DNA of 64,000 nt from Bacteroidia bacterium (GCA_038215705.1 JBBQQQ010000003.1:69575-133574), one strand, 5' to 3'; positions 1 to 10,555 are shown, counted from the stretch's first letter. Notes: generated by a model not told the origin, from the sequence alone. Program-made: numbers and translations.

Positions 1-1014
1 ATGGCTGAATCCAATTTTATTGATTATGTAAAAATTTGTTGCCGCTCAGGAGCAGGCGGTCCGGGTTCTACTCATCTTCACCGTGATAAACTGACTGCAA
101 AAGGCGGTCCCGATGGTGGTAATGGAGGTAATGGTGGTGATATTATTGTGAGAGGTAATAAACAGCTTTGGACACTGATTCACCTTAAATACCGGAAGCA
201 TGTAATTGCCGTTCCGGGCGGTTCTGGTGGCAGCTCACTGAAAACGGGTGCCGATGGTAAAGATGAAATTCTGGAAGTGCCACTGGGAACAATTGCGCGT
301 GATTTTGAAACTAACGAAGTACTTTTTGAAATTGAAGATGACGGACAGGAAGCAATTTTGCTTCGTGGTGGCCGTGGTGGAATGGGTAATGCATTTTTTA
401 AATCTTCTACACAACAAACTCCGCGATTTTCACAACCCGGCGAACCGGGATTGGAGGAATGGAAAGTTCTTGAATTAAAACTAATGGCCGATGTGGGCCT
501 GGTAGGTTTCCCCAATGCAGGTAAGTCTACACTATTAAGTGTTGTTTCCGCAGCGAAACCTGAAATTGCCGATTATGCTTTTACAACACTTGTTCCCAAC
601 CTGGGAATTGTTGCTTATCGCGATAACAAATCGTTTGTAATGGCCGACATTCCCGGAATAATTGAAGGGGCTCATACCGGCAAAGGAATCGGCTTACGTT
701 TCCTCCGGCACATTGAACGCAATTCAGCGCTTTTGTTTATGATTTCTGCCGACGCGAAAGATATTAAAACGGAATACAAAATTCTGAAAAACGAACTGAA
801 ACAGCATAACCCCGAATTGCTCGACAAACGCCGCATGCTTGCCATCACAAAATCCGATATGCTGGATGAAGAATTAATGACAGCACTGAAAAAAGAATTT
901 CCCCGTGATAAAATGAGTGATGGAACCAAAGTTCCTGTTATTTTTATTTCATCTGTTGCAGGATTTGGTATCCAGATGCTGAAAGATGAATTGTGGAAAT
1001 TGCTGAACGATTAA
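1..1014 (+). CDS. obg: GTPase Obg/CgtA
   Basis: 337 aa. N-terminal Obg fold with Gly-rich GGxGG repeats, G1 motif [10 protein letters not shown]3 DIPG, G4 TKSD. The ORF starts at base 1, so the true start could lie upstream. Confidence 0.9.
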   Translation: MAESNFIDYVKICCRSGAGGPGSTHLHRDKLTAKGGPDGGNGGNGGDIIVRGNKQLWTLIHLKYRKHVIAVPGGSGGSSLKTGADGKDEILEVPLGTIARDFETNEVLFEIEDDGQEAILLRGGRGGMGNAFFKSSTQQTPRFSQPGEPGLEEWKVLELKLMADVGLVGFPNAGKSTLLSVVSAAKPEIADYAFTTLVPNLGIVAYRDNKSFVMADIPGIIEGAHTGKGIGLRFLRHIERNSALLFMISADAKDIKTEYKILKNELKQHNPELLDKRRMLAITKSDMLDEELMTALKKEFPRDKMSDGTKVPVIFISSVAGFGIQMLKDELWKLLND

Positions 1015-1045
1015 TTTTGTGATGTAAATCAGTTGCATTAAATTT

Positions 1046-1630
1046 TTGCCCGTGATAGAAACGTTAGTTAACTTCGACCGTAATCTGTTCCTGTTCATAA
1101 ACAGTATGCATTCTGAATTTATGGATGCAATTATGTGGTGGGCTGCCGACCGGTTTATCTGGATTCCTCTTTATGTTGTGCTTGCAGTTTACCTTGTCAG
1201 GAAATATGGCAAACAAGGTTATATCATGGTTATTTTTGCCGCACTGCTGATTGTTCTCAGCGACCAGGGATCTGTATTGGTAAAAAACACTTTTGAACGT
1301 CTGAGACCCTGTCACGATGAATCATTGTCCTTTCTGGTTCATACAATAAAAAATAAATGCGGTGGCCAATATGGATTTGTTTCTTCTCATGCTGCAAATA
1401 CAATGGCAGTGTTCACATACCTGATGATGATCACCCGTAACAGCAATACAACACTAACGGGAGTGATGGCATTCTGGGTGCTGCTGATAGGGTACTGCAG
1501 GGTTTATATGGGAGTACATTTTCCCGCCGATATCTTTGGTGGCTGGATAATCGGAATCCTGGCCGCTGGAATAACCTATATAATTTACCGATTACTCTTC
1601 GACAGTCCATTAGCTCACCGAAAAAATTGA
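1046..1630 (+). CDS. PAP2-family membrane phosphatase
   Basis: 194 aa polytopic protein carrying PAP2 motifs ERLRP, SSHA and RVYMGVHFPAD. Its stop overlaps the crcB start. Confidence 0.75.
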   Translation: MPVIETLVNFDRNLFLFINSMHSEFMDAIMWWAADRFIWIPLYVVLAVYLVRKYGKQGYIMVIFAALLIVLSDQGSVLVKNTFERLRPCHDESLSFLVHTIKNKCGGQYGFVSSHAANTMAVFTYLMMITRNSNTTLTGVMAFWVLLIGYCRVYMGVHFPADIFGGWIIGILAAGITYIIYRLLFDSPLAHRKN

Positions 1631-2001
1631 ATACATTAGTTGCAATATTTGTGGGTGGAGGACTTGGTAGTCTGGCCCGCTATGGTTTGGGGAAATGGGT
1701 ATCAGGAATTTTGCCGGTAACATTTCCATACGGAACGCTTGCTGCTAATATTGTGAGCGCTCTTCTCCTGGGATTGTTCCTTGGGGCCACAATAGCAAAA
1801 CCGGAAAACGATAATCAATTGCGTTTTTTAATTGCGGTCGGATTTTGTGGCGGTTTCAGCACCTTCTCCACCTTCAGTGCCGAAACACTGGAGCTGTTCA
1901 GAAACGGTTTGTTTTTTTATGCAGGGATGAATGTGATAGGTAGTTTAATTATTTGCGTACTTATGATTATGGCAGGAATGTGGATAACAAAAAATTTCTG
2001 A
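1627..2001 (+). CDS. crcB: Fluoride ion channel CrcB/FluC
   Basis: 124 aa, four TM segments. N-terminus VAIFVGGGLGSLARY and the GFCGGFSTFSTFS motif are typical of CrcB. Confidence 0.85.
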   Translation: MNTLVAIFVGGGLGSLARYGLGKWVSGILPVTFPYGTLAANIVSALLLGLFLGATIAKPENDNQLRFLIAVGFCGGFSTFSTFSAETLELFRNGLFFYAGMNVIGSLIICVLMIMAGMWITKNF

Positions 2002-2007
2002 TTTCTT

Positions 2008-2625
2008 TTAGCCTGCTTTATTCAGCATCGCAGTAACTTCTTCATCCGTCACCTCTGAAAAATCAATATAATACTGACCAACACTCCTGAAATTTTCGGG
2101 TGATTCCAGAACTATTATTTCAGTAACTCCATTCTGTAACAGCTGAAGTGTACGCGGTGATGCTACCGGTACAGCTACAATAATTTTTTCGGGTTGTTGC
2201 TGCTTTAACATCATTACAGATGCCCTCATGGTATATCCGGTTGCAATTCCATCGTCGATATTCACTACAGTTTTCCCCTTCAAAGAAACCTGATTACAAT
2301 GTCCCATATACATGGTGAAACGGTTCCATAATAATTGCCGTATCTTTTCTGATTCTTCCCTGATATAGAATTGAGGTACATCCGTGTGGCCTTCATCAAG
2401 TAATATACAGTTGAGTCCTACAGCACCTATCGCATATTCTTTATTGGTTGGATGACCAATTTTTTTTATCAACAACAAACTCAGTTTCCAGTTAAAATAT
2501 TGAGCAATCACCAATCCCATTGGAACTCCGCCACGCGGTATTGCAAGAACTACAACATCCTCAAACCTGAACTTTTCAAGAAATGGGATAAGGAATTTTG
2601 CGGCTTCTATGCGGTTGAGAAACAT
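2008..2625 (-). CDS. Phosphoribosyltransferase family protein
   Basis: 205 aa. PRPP-binding loop VVNIDDGIATGYTM and N-terminal IPRGGVPMG. Confidence 0.7.
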   Translation of the reverse strand: MFLNRIEAAKFLIPFLEKFRFEDVVVLAIPRGGVPMGLVIAQYFNWKLSLLLIKKIGHPTNKEYAIGAVGLNCILLDEGHTDVPQFYIREESEKIRQLLWNRFTMYMGHCNQVSLKGKTVVNIDDGIATGYTMRASVMMLKQQQPEKIIVAVPVASPRTLQLLQNGVTEIIVLESPENFRSVGQYYIDFSEVTDEEVTAMLNKAG

Positions 2626-2637
2626 GGTCTGCTACTT

Positions 2638-3300
2638 TCAGGGTAAATGTTTATTAAACCATTGCGCTGCTAAAAATGCTACTTGCTCAAGTGCCCCGGG
2701 CTCTTCAAATAAGTGAGTAGCATCCTGTACTACCTGTAAATCCCTTATACATGAAAGTTGAGAGAATGCCAGTTCATTAAGTTTTAACACATCATAATCA
2801 TTACTGCCTACGATCAATAAGGATGGAGCGGTCACTGAATGCAGGAAAGATGCTGCCAGGTCAGGCCGACCACCTCTAATTACTATCGCATATATCCTTT
2901 TCTTAAATTCTGCAGCTGCCATTAATGCTGAGGCGCCTCCTGTACTGGATCCAAAATAACCGATGTTTGTAAAATATAAATTTCCGGGTTCATCAAATTT
3001 CGCAGTAACAGATTTTAACCGTGAAGTCAGCAGTGGAATGTTAAACCGGTTCTCATAAATTGCATCTTCATTCGGAGTTTGCAAGTCAATTAAAAGCGTT
3101 GCCAGCCCGGAACGGTTAAATTCACTGGCTACAAAATTATTTCTTGGGCTAAACCTGCTGCTGCCACTTCCGTGGGAAAATATAACAAGAGCAGATGCAT
3201 TATTAGGAATCATGAGTTCCCCTTTAAGAACCACATTTTCAACCGGTAAAGTCAGCGTATAGTGAGTAATTGTTTCCATCCGTAAAGTAATAAATAGCAA
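2638..3300 (-). CDS. Alpha/beta hydrolase (dienelactone hydrolase-like)
   Basis: 220 aa. HGSGSS nucleophile-elbow-like motif and a GSNDYD / D..H C-terminal catalytic pattern. Confidence 0.6.
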   Translation of the reverse strand: MLFITLRMETITHYTLTLPVENVVLKGELMIPNNASALVIFSHGSGSSRFSPRNNFVASEFNRSGLATLLIDLQTPNEDAIYENRFNIPLLTSRLKSVTAKFDEPGNLYFTNIGYFGSSTGGASALMAAAEFKKRIYAIVIRGGRPDLAASFLHSVTAPSLLIVGSNDYDVLKLNELAFSQLSCIRDLQVVQDATHLFEEPGALEQVAFLAAQWFNKHLP

Positions 3301-3393
3301 ACAGTATTTAACAAAAAGTTAATATCCTATTAGCAGCTAAAAGCTTGCCATATTATCAGCCTATTGCCTAATATTGCAGTATAAACTACACTC

Positions 3394-5028
3394 ATGTTGC
3401 AAAAATATTTTTTTTACACAGTACTGGTTGTTATACTAACATGTTACAGGGCTGCTGCCACTGATCCCAATTCCCCTAAGCCAAAGCTGATTGTCGGTAT
3501 TGTAGTAGACCAGATGCGATACGATTATTTAACACGATACTGGCACCGGTTCGGAAATGACGGATTTAAGAAACTTGTTACCGAAGGGTATAATTTCACC
3601 AATACGCATTTTGATTATGTACCCACGTATACCGGGCCGGGCCATGCCAGCATTTACACAGGAACAACTCCGGCTGTTCACGGAATAATTGGAAACGACT
3701 GGTACAACCGTAATGCAAAAAGAAGAATGTATGTTACGGAAGATACTACAATTACAGGTACAGGAACCAATGCTTACGCAGGAAAAATGTCGCCTGTTCA
3801 CATGCTGACGACTACATTTTCTGATGAATTGCGCCTTGCAAATAACCTGCGATCAAAAGTTATTGGTGTAGCATTGAAGGACAGGGGTTCAATTTTGCCG
3901 GCAGGTCATTCAGCTGATGCTGCGTATTGGTTCGAAGGTGCCACGGGCAACTGGATCAGCAGCAGCTGGTATTTAAAAACGCTTCCTGAATGGGTTAATA
4001 CTTTCAATGCACGCAAACTACCTCAGGAATATGCTAAAAATCCATGGATCACATTATATCCATTAGAAAGTTATACGGCGAGTACTCCGGATGACACACC
4101 CTATGAAGATCTTTTCGCAGGAGAAAAAAAACCTGTTTTTCCTCATACTTTTCCGGCAACGAATACAAGCATGTACCAGTTATTTACTGCCACACCTTAT
4201 GGAAATACCATCACTAAAGAATTTGCCATTACGGCAATGCGGGCAGAAGAACTGGGAAAAGATTCTGTTACCGATCTGCTTGCCGTTAGTTTTTCATCAC
4301 CCGATTTTATAGGACATCAGTACGGAACTCATGCTGTGGAAACAGAAGATTGCTACCTCAGGCTTGATAAGGATATTGCTGAACTGATAAAAGCCGCAGA
4401 AGATTATGCAGGTAAAGGAAATGTGTTATTCTTTCTGACTGCAGATCACGCTGCCATTCCGAATGTAATGTTTCTTGCCGATCAGCAAATCCCTGCAGGT
4501 ATTTTCAATGATGCGCGGGCATCTGAAGCGCTTCAAAAACATTTAAATGAAATCTTCGGCATCCAAAAGTGGGTATTATCGTTTTATAACGACCAGTTAC
4601 ATCTTGACCATGAACTGTTGCGGAAAAATAAAATTGATTTGGATGTTATGACTGATGAAATCAGGAGGTTCCTTTTGAAATACAAGGAAGTTTCAAATGT
4701 GCTGACCGGAAAAGAACTTTCGGTAAATGAATATTCCTGGGGAATACGTTCACTGGTTCAAAAAGGATTTTCAGTAAAACGTTCAGGCGATGTTGTGCTG
4801 ATTCTAGAACCCGGCCTGGTGGAATATAAAAGTAAAGGTACGGATCACGGTTCGGGATATACGTACGACTCACATGTGCCGCTTCTGTTTTATGGATGGA
4901 AAATTTCACGCGGAACATCATCGCGCCATATCAATATAACTGATATTGCCCCAACAATTACGCAATTGCTCGGAATTCAGGCACCAAGCGGCTCTACAGG
5001 AACAGTCATTAAAGAACTTTTTAAGTAA
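3394..5028 (+). CDS. Alkaline phosphatase / nucleotide pyrophosphatase family protein (PafA-like)
   Basis: 544 aa with an N-terminal signal peptide. VVDQMRYDY metal-binding start and GHSADAAYW and TADHAA motifs of the type I phosphodiesterase/alkaline phosphatase superfamily. Confidence 0.75.
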   Translation: MLQKYFFYTVLVVILTCYRAAATDPNSPKPKLIVGIVVDQMRYDYLTRYWHRFGNDGFKKLVTEGYNFTNTHFDYVPTYTGPGHASIYTGTTPAVHGIIGNDWYNRNAKRRMYVTEDTTITGTGTNAYAGKMSPVHMLTTTFSDELRLANNLRSKVIGVALKDRGSILPAGHSADAAYWFEGATGNWISSSWYLKTLPEWVNTFNARKLPQEYAKNPWITLYPLESYTASTPDDTPYEDLFAGEKKPVFPHTFPATNTSMYQLFTATPYGNTITKEFAITAMRAEELGKDSVTDLLAVSFSSPDFIGHQYGTHAVETEDCYLRLDKDIAELIKAAEDYAGKGNVLFFLTADHAAIPNVMFLADQQIPAGIFNDARASEALQKHLNEIFGIQKWVLSFYNDQLHLDHELLRKNKIDLDVMTDEIRRFLLKYKEVSNVLTGKELSVNEYSWGIRSLVQKGFSVKRSGDVVLILEPGLVEYKSKGTDHGSGYTYDSHVPLLFYGWKISRGTSSRHINITDIAPTITQLLGIQAPSGSTGTVIKELFK

Positions 5029-6271
5029 TTTCCTTTGCGGGATGAATAATTACACTGAAACCTGCTTTTGCAAGGTCCTCAAAAAATGAGGGGTATGACT
5101 TTTTTACAACTTCACAGTCGTCAATTAAAACTTTGCCCGTTTTTAGTGCAACGGGTGCAATAGCCATGGCTATTCTGTGATCGTTGTACGTTTTTGCCGG
5201 CCGCAAATAATTTTTAATTCCCTTCCCCCTGTACAATTTAAATTTTGAACCTCCGCAAAAATCAGTATTAACATTAAAATTGTAAAGTTCACGCTGAAGC
5301 GCCGCTGCACGATCCGATTCCTTTAACCTGAAATTTTTTAATCCGTGCAAATCGGCTGTAATGTTTAACCCCGCACAAATAACTGCCAGGGCAGGTCCCA
5401 GGTCAGGGCAACCCGAAAAATCTTCACTGAAATATTCAGGAAGTGAGTGTGATGAAATCCTGGTCAGTGTACACCCGTCCTTTGTAAATTCAGTTGCTAC
5501 TCCCAAATTATTCATGTAATCAGAAATAACAGCATCACCTTGCAGACTGTTACGCGATAAATCTTTAATATGAATTTCGCATTGCTCCGATAATGCAGCT
5601 ATCTCATACCAGTAAGACGCTGCCGACCAGTCGGGTTCAATTATGATATCGCGGTTTTGATAACGCCCTTCCTTGATCACTACCAGGTTGTTTTCAAATG
5701 ATACATCCGCGCCAAAGTATTGCATCACCGATTGTGTCATTTTTATATAAGGGACCGAAAGAATTTCTCCTTCTATTTCAATGGTGATGCCACCCTGTAT
5801 ATAGGGGGAAATCATCATGATTGCACTTATAAACTGACTGCTTATTTCACCGCTGACACGTATTTGTTTTCCTGATAATATGGCAGGTGTTATTATAACC
5901 GGTAATTTACCTTCTTCTTTTTCATATTCAATTGAAGCTCCCAGTTGGCGCAATGCATCAACCAGCTGTGCAACAGGTCGCCTTTTCATAGCTTCGGAAG
6001 CCGTTAGTGTAACTGATTTTCCTGTAATACAAAAATAAGCCATCAAAAAACGCAATGTGGTTCCGCCTTCACCTGCATCAATAACTTCATTGCCCGACAA
6101 AAGGGCTTCGCGCAACTTTTCGGTATCGGCAGCTTTCGATAATCCTTCTATTGTAGACTTCAGTTTGCCTAACGCATGAATAATTAATACACGGTTACTG
6201 ATACTTTTTGAAGCCGGCAATTGTATTGATACCCTTATGGGGCCACCGGGATGTGTTATCTCAGCAATCAT
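5021..6271 (-). CDS. aroA: 3-phosphoshikimate 1-carboxyvinyltransferase (EPSP synthase)
   Basis: 416 aa. N-terminal LPASKSISNRVLIIHALG motif. Overlaps aroB by 4 nt and converges on the PafA-like gene. Confidence 0.9.
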   Translation of the reverse strand: MIAEITHPGGPIRVSIQLPASKSISNRVLIIHALGKLKSTIEGLSKAADTEKLREALLSGNEVIDAGEGGTTLRFLMAYFCITGKSVTLTASEAMKRRPVAQLVDALRQLGASIEYEKEEGKLPVIITPAILSGKQIRVSGEISSQFISAIMMISPYIQGGITIEIEGEILSVPYIKMTQSVMQYFGADVSFENNLVVIKEGRYQNRDIIIEPDWSAASYWYEIAALSEQCEIHIKDLSRNSLQGDAVISDYMNNLGVATEFTKDGCTLTRISSHSLPEYFSEDFSGCPDLGPALAVICAGLNITADLHGLKNFRLKESDRAAALQRELYNFNVNTDFCGGSKFKLYRGKGIKNYLRPAKTYNDHRIAMAIAPVALKTGKVLIDDCEVVKKSYPSFFEDLAKAGFSVIIHPAKEIT

Positions 6272-7371
6272 CCTGAAAGTGAATTGTAATGCTGAAGTGA
6301 ATCCAAAATTAATTCGTCAGATATTTCATTGCAGATTTCCGGAGTCCCTACATTACTGATCAGCACAAAACGAATTTTACCTGCTTCTGTTTTTTTATCT
6401 GCTTTAATGAGTTTACAAATTTCTTCAACAGCTGCTTTGCGGATGTTGCGATGAGGAAAAAACTTTGAAAATACTTCGGAAATTTCCCTTAGTGCTGTAT
6501 CGCTTAATCCGCAGACTTTATTCGAAATAAAAGATTCGCAAATCATACCGGTGGCAATTGCTTCACCATGTGACAACGGTGTGTGATCATGCGACAACGA
6601 AAAAGTTTCCAGCGCATGGCCGATGGTATGACCAAAGTTTAGGAACATCCTCTCATTTTTTTCATAAGGATCGGCTGCAACAATTTTTGCCTTTACGTGA
6701 ACTGCACTTTCCAGTGTTGATACAATTGAATTTTTGAGCGCTTCGTCAATCACTTCTCCCGGGTTATTTTTAACCATGTCCTTCAGTGAAGACCATATTT
6801 TGGGATCAGCAATTAATCCATGTTTGAGAATTTCTGCAACGCCATTTTTCCATTCCTTTTCGGGAAGTGTTTTTAAAAATACCGGATCAATTATAACTTT
6901 CTCAGGAAAAGAAAAGGTACCAATCATATTTTTATAATGATTCAGGTCTACTCCTGTTTTCCCACCGGCCGACGCATCCACTATCCCGAGAAGGGAAGTA
7001 GGGATGTTTATGAAACGGATACCCCTTTTAAAAGTAGAAGCAACAAAACCTCCAAGGTCACTTATCATCCCTCCGCCAAGGTTAATAACTATGGAATTCC
7101 GGTCAGCACCTGTGGTGAGCAACTGATCCCATGCGATTTCACATGACTTCAGATTTTTGTGCAACTCACCGGTTCCAATAATAATTTCCCGGAAAGTTTC
7201 AGGCAAAAAATCTTTTATTAAGGGAAGGCAATGCGTTTTAGTTTGCTGATCGCAAATAACATAGATACCTGATAATTTTCCAGACTGGACTGTTAAAAAT
7301 TCAGCGATCAGCCGGCCTGCTTCGTTCGTAAAAAGGATGTCGTGTTTCCCGGCATTGATAGTTTTATTCAT
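6268..7371 (-). CDS. aroB: 3-dehydroquinate synthase
   Basis: 367 aa. GGGMISDLGGFVASTFKRGIRFINIPTSLL nucleotide-binding region and metal-binding His residues, in an aroB-aroA operon arrangement. Confidence 0.9.
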   Translation of the reverse strand: MNKTINAGKHDILFTNEAGRLIAEFLTVQSGKLSGIYVICDQQTKTHCLPLIKDFLPETFREIIIGTGELHKNLKSCEIAWDQLLTTGADRNSIVINLGGGMISDLGGFVASTFKRGIRFINIPTSLLGIVDASAGGKTGVDLNHYKNMIGTFSFPEKVIIDPVFLKTLPEKEWKNGVAEILKHGLIADPKIWSSLKDMVKNNPGEVIDEALKNSIVSTLESAVHVKAKIVAADPYEKNERMFLNFGHTIGHALETFSLSHDHTPLSHGEAIATGMICESFISNKVCGLSDTALREISEVFSKFFPHRNIRKAAVEEICKLIKADKKTEAGKIRFVLISNVGTPEICNEISDELILDSLQHYNSLSG

Positions 7372-7505
7372 TTATTCAGGGTATTCTGCAAAGATAGAAA
7401 TACAAATACTTGAACAGCTGATATTTCTGATGAAATGAGAGGATTCAGGTATGTTAATCAATTCTTATCTTTGCCCTTCAATACTTTGTATTCCCCAGGC
7501 TCCTT

Positions 7506-8702
7506 ATGAATCCCGCCATTTCATCACCCGATCCACTCACCCGGCCCGTTGATTTTAATAACCTTGAAGTGGCTTTCGCAGGAAAGTCGGATGCGGATCT
7601 CACCCGTGCTTACTGGTTGTTTAAAGCAATGAGCAGTAACCTGCTTGTAAATAACGGTCCGGTTTTACTCGATACAGCCCTAAAATTGCGTTTACCTGTA
7701 ATTCCAATCATCAGAGCAACCATTTATAAACATTTTTGCGGAGGTGAAAGCATAACCGATTGCAATAAGACAATTGCGGCTCTGAAAAAGAAAGGCATTG
7801 GCAGTGTGCTCGATTATTCAGTTGAAGGCGCTGAGAGCGAAGAAAATTTTGATCATACCACAGCAGAAATTATTGCTACGGTTCTGAGAGCAAAAGGCGA
7901 TTCAGCGATTCCATTCTGCGTTTTTAAAGTAACCGGTGTTGCACGTATTGATATCCTTGAAAAAGCAAGTTCGGGTACACTTTCACCGGATGAAAAAATT
8001 GAATTTGAGTTAGCAAGTCAGCGTGTAACAAAAATTTGTGCAGCCGCCGCTGAAAATGATGTTCGTATTTTCATTGATGCCGAAGATTCCTGGATCCAGC
8101 AAGCCATTGATGATATGGCTGATGCTATGATGCAAAAACATAATCGTACGAAAGCCATCGTTTACAACACCATCCAGTTATATCGTACCGACCGGTTAGA
8201 ATTTTTAAAACATTCCCATCACAAAGCGAAAGCAGGTAATTACATCTTAGGACTTAAACTGGTTCGTGGTGCCTATATGGAAAAGGAACGGGCAAGGGCA
8301 GTGGAAAAAAATTATCCCTCACCTATTCAGCCCGATCATGCAGCAACGAATCGTGATTATGATGCGGCTCTTACTTATTGCATCGATCATTTTGGCGAAA
8401 TTGCCCTTTGTGCAGGCACACATAATGAGGCAAGCAGTCATTTACTCGTTCGGTTGATGTACGCTAAAAATATTCCGCACAATCATCCTGATATCTGGTT
8501 TTCGCAACTTTTGGGAATGAGCGACCACATCTCATCCAACCTTGCAGCAGCAGGATATAATGTAGCTAAATACGTTCCCTACGGCCCTGTGAGATCTGTA
8601 CTGCCCTACCTGATACGCCGAGCCCAGGAAAATACTTCAATTGCCGGGCAAACAGGACGCGAGCTCAGTATGATACTGGCAGAAAAAAAACGAAGAAAAT
8701 GA
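7506..8702 (+). CDS. Proline dehydrogenase family protein
   Basis: 398 aa. C-terminal LGMSDHISSNLAAAGYNVAKYVPYGPV..YLIRRAQEN motif typical of proline dehydrogenase TIM-barrel proteins. Confidence 0.85.
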   Translation: MNPAISSPDPLTRPVDFNNLEVAFAGKSDADLTRAYWLFKAMSSNLLVNNGPVLLDTALKLRLPVIPIIRATIYKHFCGGESITDCNKTIAALKKKGIGSVLDYSVEGAESEENFDHTTAEIIATVLRAKGDSAIPFCVFKVTGVARIDILEKASSGTLSPDEKIEFELASQRVTKICAAAAENDVRIFIDAEDSWIQQAIDDMADAMMQKHNRTKAIVYNTIQLYRTDRLEFLKHSHHKAKAGNYILGLKLVRGAYMEKERARAVEKNYPSPIQPDHAATNRDYDAALTYCIDHFGEIALCAGTHNEASSHLLVRLMYAKNIPHNHPDIWFSQLLGMSDHISSNLAAAGYNVAKYVPYGPVRSVLPYLIRRAQENTSIAGQTGRELSMILAEKKRRK

Positions 8703-8882
8703 GGGAATGGGAGAATGCGGGAATGGGATAATGAGGGAATGGGAGAATGAGGGAATGAGAGAATTGGATAATGAGGGAATGGGGGAATGAGGGAATGAGA
8801 GAATTGGATAATGAGGGAATGAGAGAATTAGGAAATTAGGAAAAAAATCCCTTCTACTTTTCTCCTTATGACTTATGACCAA
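8701..8882. repeat. Heptanucleotide tandem-repeat array (GGGAATG/GAGAATG/GAGAATT)
   Basis: About 20 degenerate 7-nt units read directly in the sequence, followed by the flank TTATGACTTATGACC. The array lies in the convergent intergenic gap between proline dehydrogenase and ald. Confidence 0.85.
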
Positions 8883-8891
8883 TAACATTTC

Positions 8892-10127
8892 TTATATCCT
8901 TGCCGCCATCAGCAAATTCAGATCCCGGTACGGCAGCTTACAATGTTCACTCACAAATTTATTAGTGACCGTTCCCCGGTATAAATAAATTCCGCTGCGA
9001 ACAGTTTTGTGTGCCCACAGGTATTCATCCAAACCGCCTTCTTCACCGATATTAATAAGTATGGGCGTAAAAATATTGCTCAGCGCATACGACGCTGTTC
9101 GGGGTACTCTTGAAGCAATGTTCGGAACACAATAATGGACTACACCATATTTTCTGAAAACCGGGTTGGTATGATTGGTTACTTCGGAAGTTTCAAAACA
9201 TCCACCCTGATCGATAGACACATCAATAATGACCGAGCCAAAACGCATTTCACTCACCATTTCTTCAGTCACAATCACAGGTGTTCTGCCTTCCTTGGCG
9301 TGAATGGCGCCAATGGCCACATCAGCAGTACGTAACGCCTTCATAAGGAAACTGGGAACAATGGTAGAAGTATATAATTTCTGACCCAGGTTCCGCTGAA
9401 TTCTTCTGAGTTTATAAAGATTGTTGTCAAACACTTTCACCTGTGCACCTAAACCCAATGCTGTTTTTGCAGCATACTCCCCTACCGTTCCGGCACCAAT
9501 AATTACCACTTCCGTGGGAGGTACTCCGGTTACGCCACCTAATAACTCACCTTTGCCTGACATGGTATGACTCAGGTACTCGGCGGCAATAAGAATGGAT
9601 GTGCTGCCAACAATTTCGCTCATAGCTTGTATAACGGGCAACACTTCCGTTTCATCACGCATGTATTCATAAGCAAGCGCTGTAATTTTTTTTGTTTTCA
9701 GCCGTGCTACAAAATCACGTGGCTGCATGGCAATTTGCAGTATGGATAAAAGCGTTTGCTTTTCCTGAAGCAATTCCAGTTCATTTTCAGAAGGTGGCGC
9801 TACCTTAAGTATCAGTTTGGAGTTCTTGTAAACATCCTCACAGGTATAGGCAATCTGTGCTCCTGCTTCACTGTAATCAGTATCCGTAAAATTGGCGTTC
9901 TTTCCTGCGTTGGTTTCAATCAGCACCTGGTGACCGTTATTCACCAATAGGGCTACCGATTCAGGAACCAGTGAAATTCGGTTTTCCTGAAACGAAGTCT
10001 CGCGTGGAATCCCGATAAATAAGTTCTGGTTCCTATGCCTGATCTCCAGCAAACTTTCCTGGGGCATTAACATTCCCTGCTGTACCATTGAACTCAGACC
10101 CGGCTCATTATGTAATGATTTACTCAT
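8892..10127 (-). CDS. ald: Alanine dehydrogenase / NAD(P) transhydrogenase alpha-like
   Basis: N-terminal AlaDH/PNT domain (IGIPRE..ENRISLVPESV) and NAD Rossmann motif VIIGAGTVGEYAA. The raw ORF runs to 10232, but that start overlaps tsaE; I chose the internal ATG at 10127, and the ATGs near 10088 or 10067 are also possible. Confidence 0.8.
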   Translation of the reverse strand: MSKSLHNEPGLSSMVQQGMLMPQESLLEIRHRNQNLFIGIPRETSFQENRISLVPESVALLVNNGHQVLIETNAGKNANFTDTDYSEAGAQIAYTCEDVYKNSKLILKVAPPSENELELLQEKQTLLSILQIAMQPRDFVARLKTKKITALAYEYMRDETEVLPVIQAMSEIVGSTSILIAAEYLSHTMSGKGELLGGVTGVPPTEVVIIGAGTVGEYAAKTALGLGAQVKVFDNNLYKLRRIQRNLGQKLYTSTIVPSFLMKALRTADVAIGAIHAKEGRTPVIVTEEMVSEMRFGSVIIDVSIDQGGCFETSEVTNHTNPVFRKYGVVHYCVPNIASRVPRTASYALSNIFTPILINIGEEGGLDEYLWAHKTVRSGIYLYRGTVTNKFVSEHCKLPYRDLNLLMAARI

Positions 10128-10555
10128 AAAGTTAAAGTTATAGTTCTTGCTTCCCCCCCCGTTGTTATGGAAACCTTTGCAATTTTTGATGGCAGAAGAG
10201 CTGCGATCCGCTCCGGCCATTCCACAAAACAATAATTTCCGCTGTAAAGGTAATTTTCATATCCCAAATCTAAAGCCTCTGACTCAGATTTAATCCGGTA
10301 AAAGTCAAAATGGAACACCGGCTCCCCTGTTCCCGACCTGTATTCATTCACAATGGTAAATGTTGGGCTTGTTACTACTTCCTCCACACCTAACTGACGG
10401 CATATTTCCTTAATAAATGTTGTTTTACCGGATCCCATCTCACCGTAAAACGCAAACACCCTGAATAGTCCGGCTTCAGCAAGCAGCTGCTGTGCAATGC
10501 CGGGCAATTCTGCGACAGACTTACATACCCAGCTGATTCCTGAAGCAGTTTGCAT
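10124..10555 (-). CDS. tsaE: tRNA threonylcarbamoyladenosine biosynthesis protein TsaE
   Basis: 143 aa. Walker A GEMGSGKTTFIK and the conserved FDFYR motif. Confidence 0.85.
   Translation of the reverse strand: MQTASGISWVCKSVAELPGIAQQLLAEAGLFRVFAFYGEMGSGKTTFIKEICRQLGVEEVVTSPTFTIVNEYRSGTGEPVFHFDFYRIKSESEALDLGYENYLYSGNYCFVEWPERIAALLPSKIAKVSITTGGEARTITLTL

Noticed and set aside
1015-1630. Fluoride riboswitch (crcB motif) expected upstream of crcB
   Set aside because: crcB overlaps the preceding PAP2 gene, and the 30-nt gap after obg has no crcB-motif features, so there is no room for a riboswitch.
8701-8882. CRISPR array
   Set aside because: The 7-nt repeat units have no unique spacers of 25-40 nt and no cas genes. 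It is a simple tandem-repeat array, as are the ones at 17697, 53345 and 62836.
8637-8888. 83-aa minus-strand ORF (PHSPIPS repeats)
   Set aside because: Produced by the GGGAATG tandem array. Low-complexity repeat peptide with no gene context.
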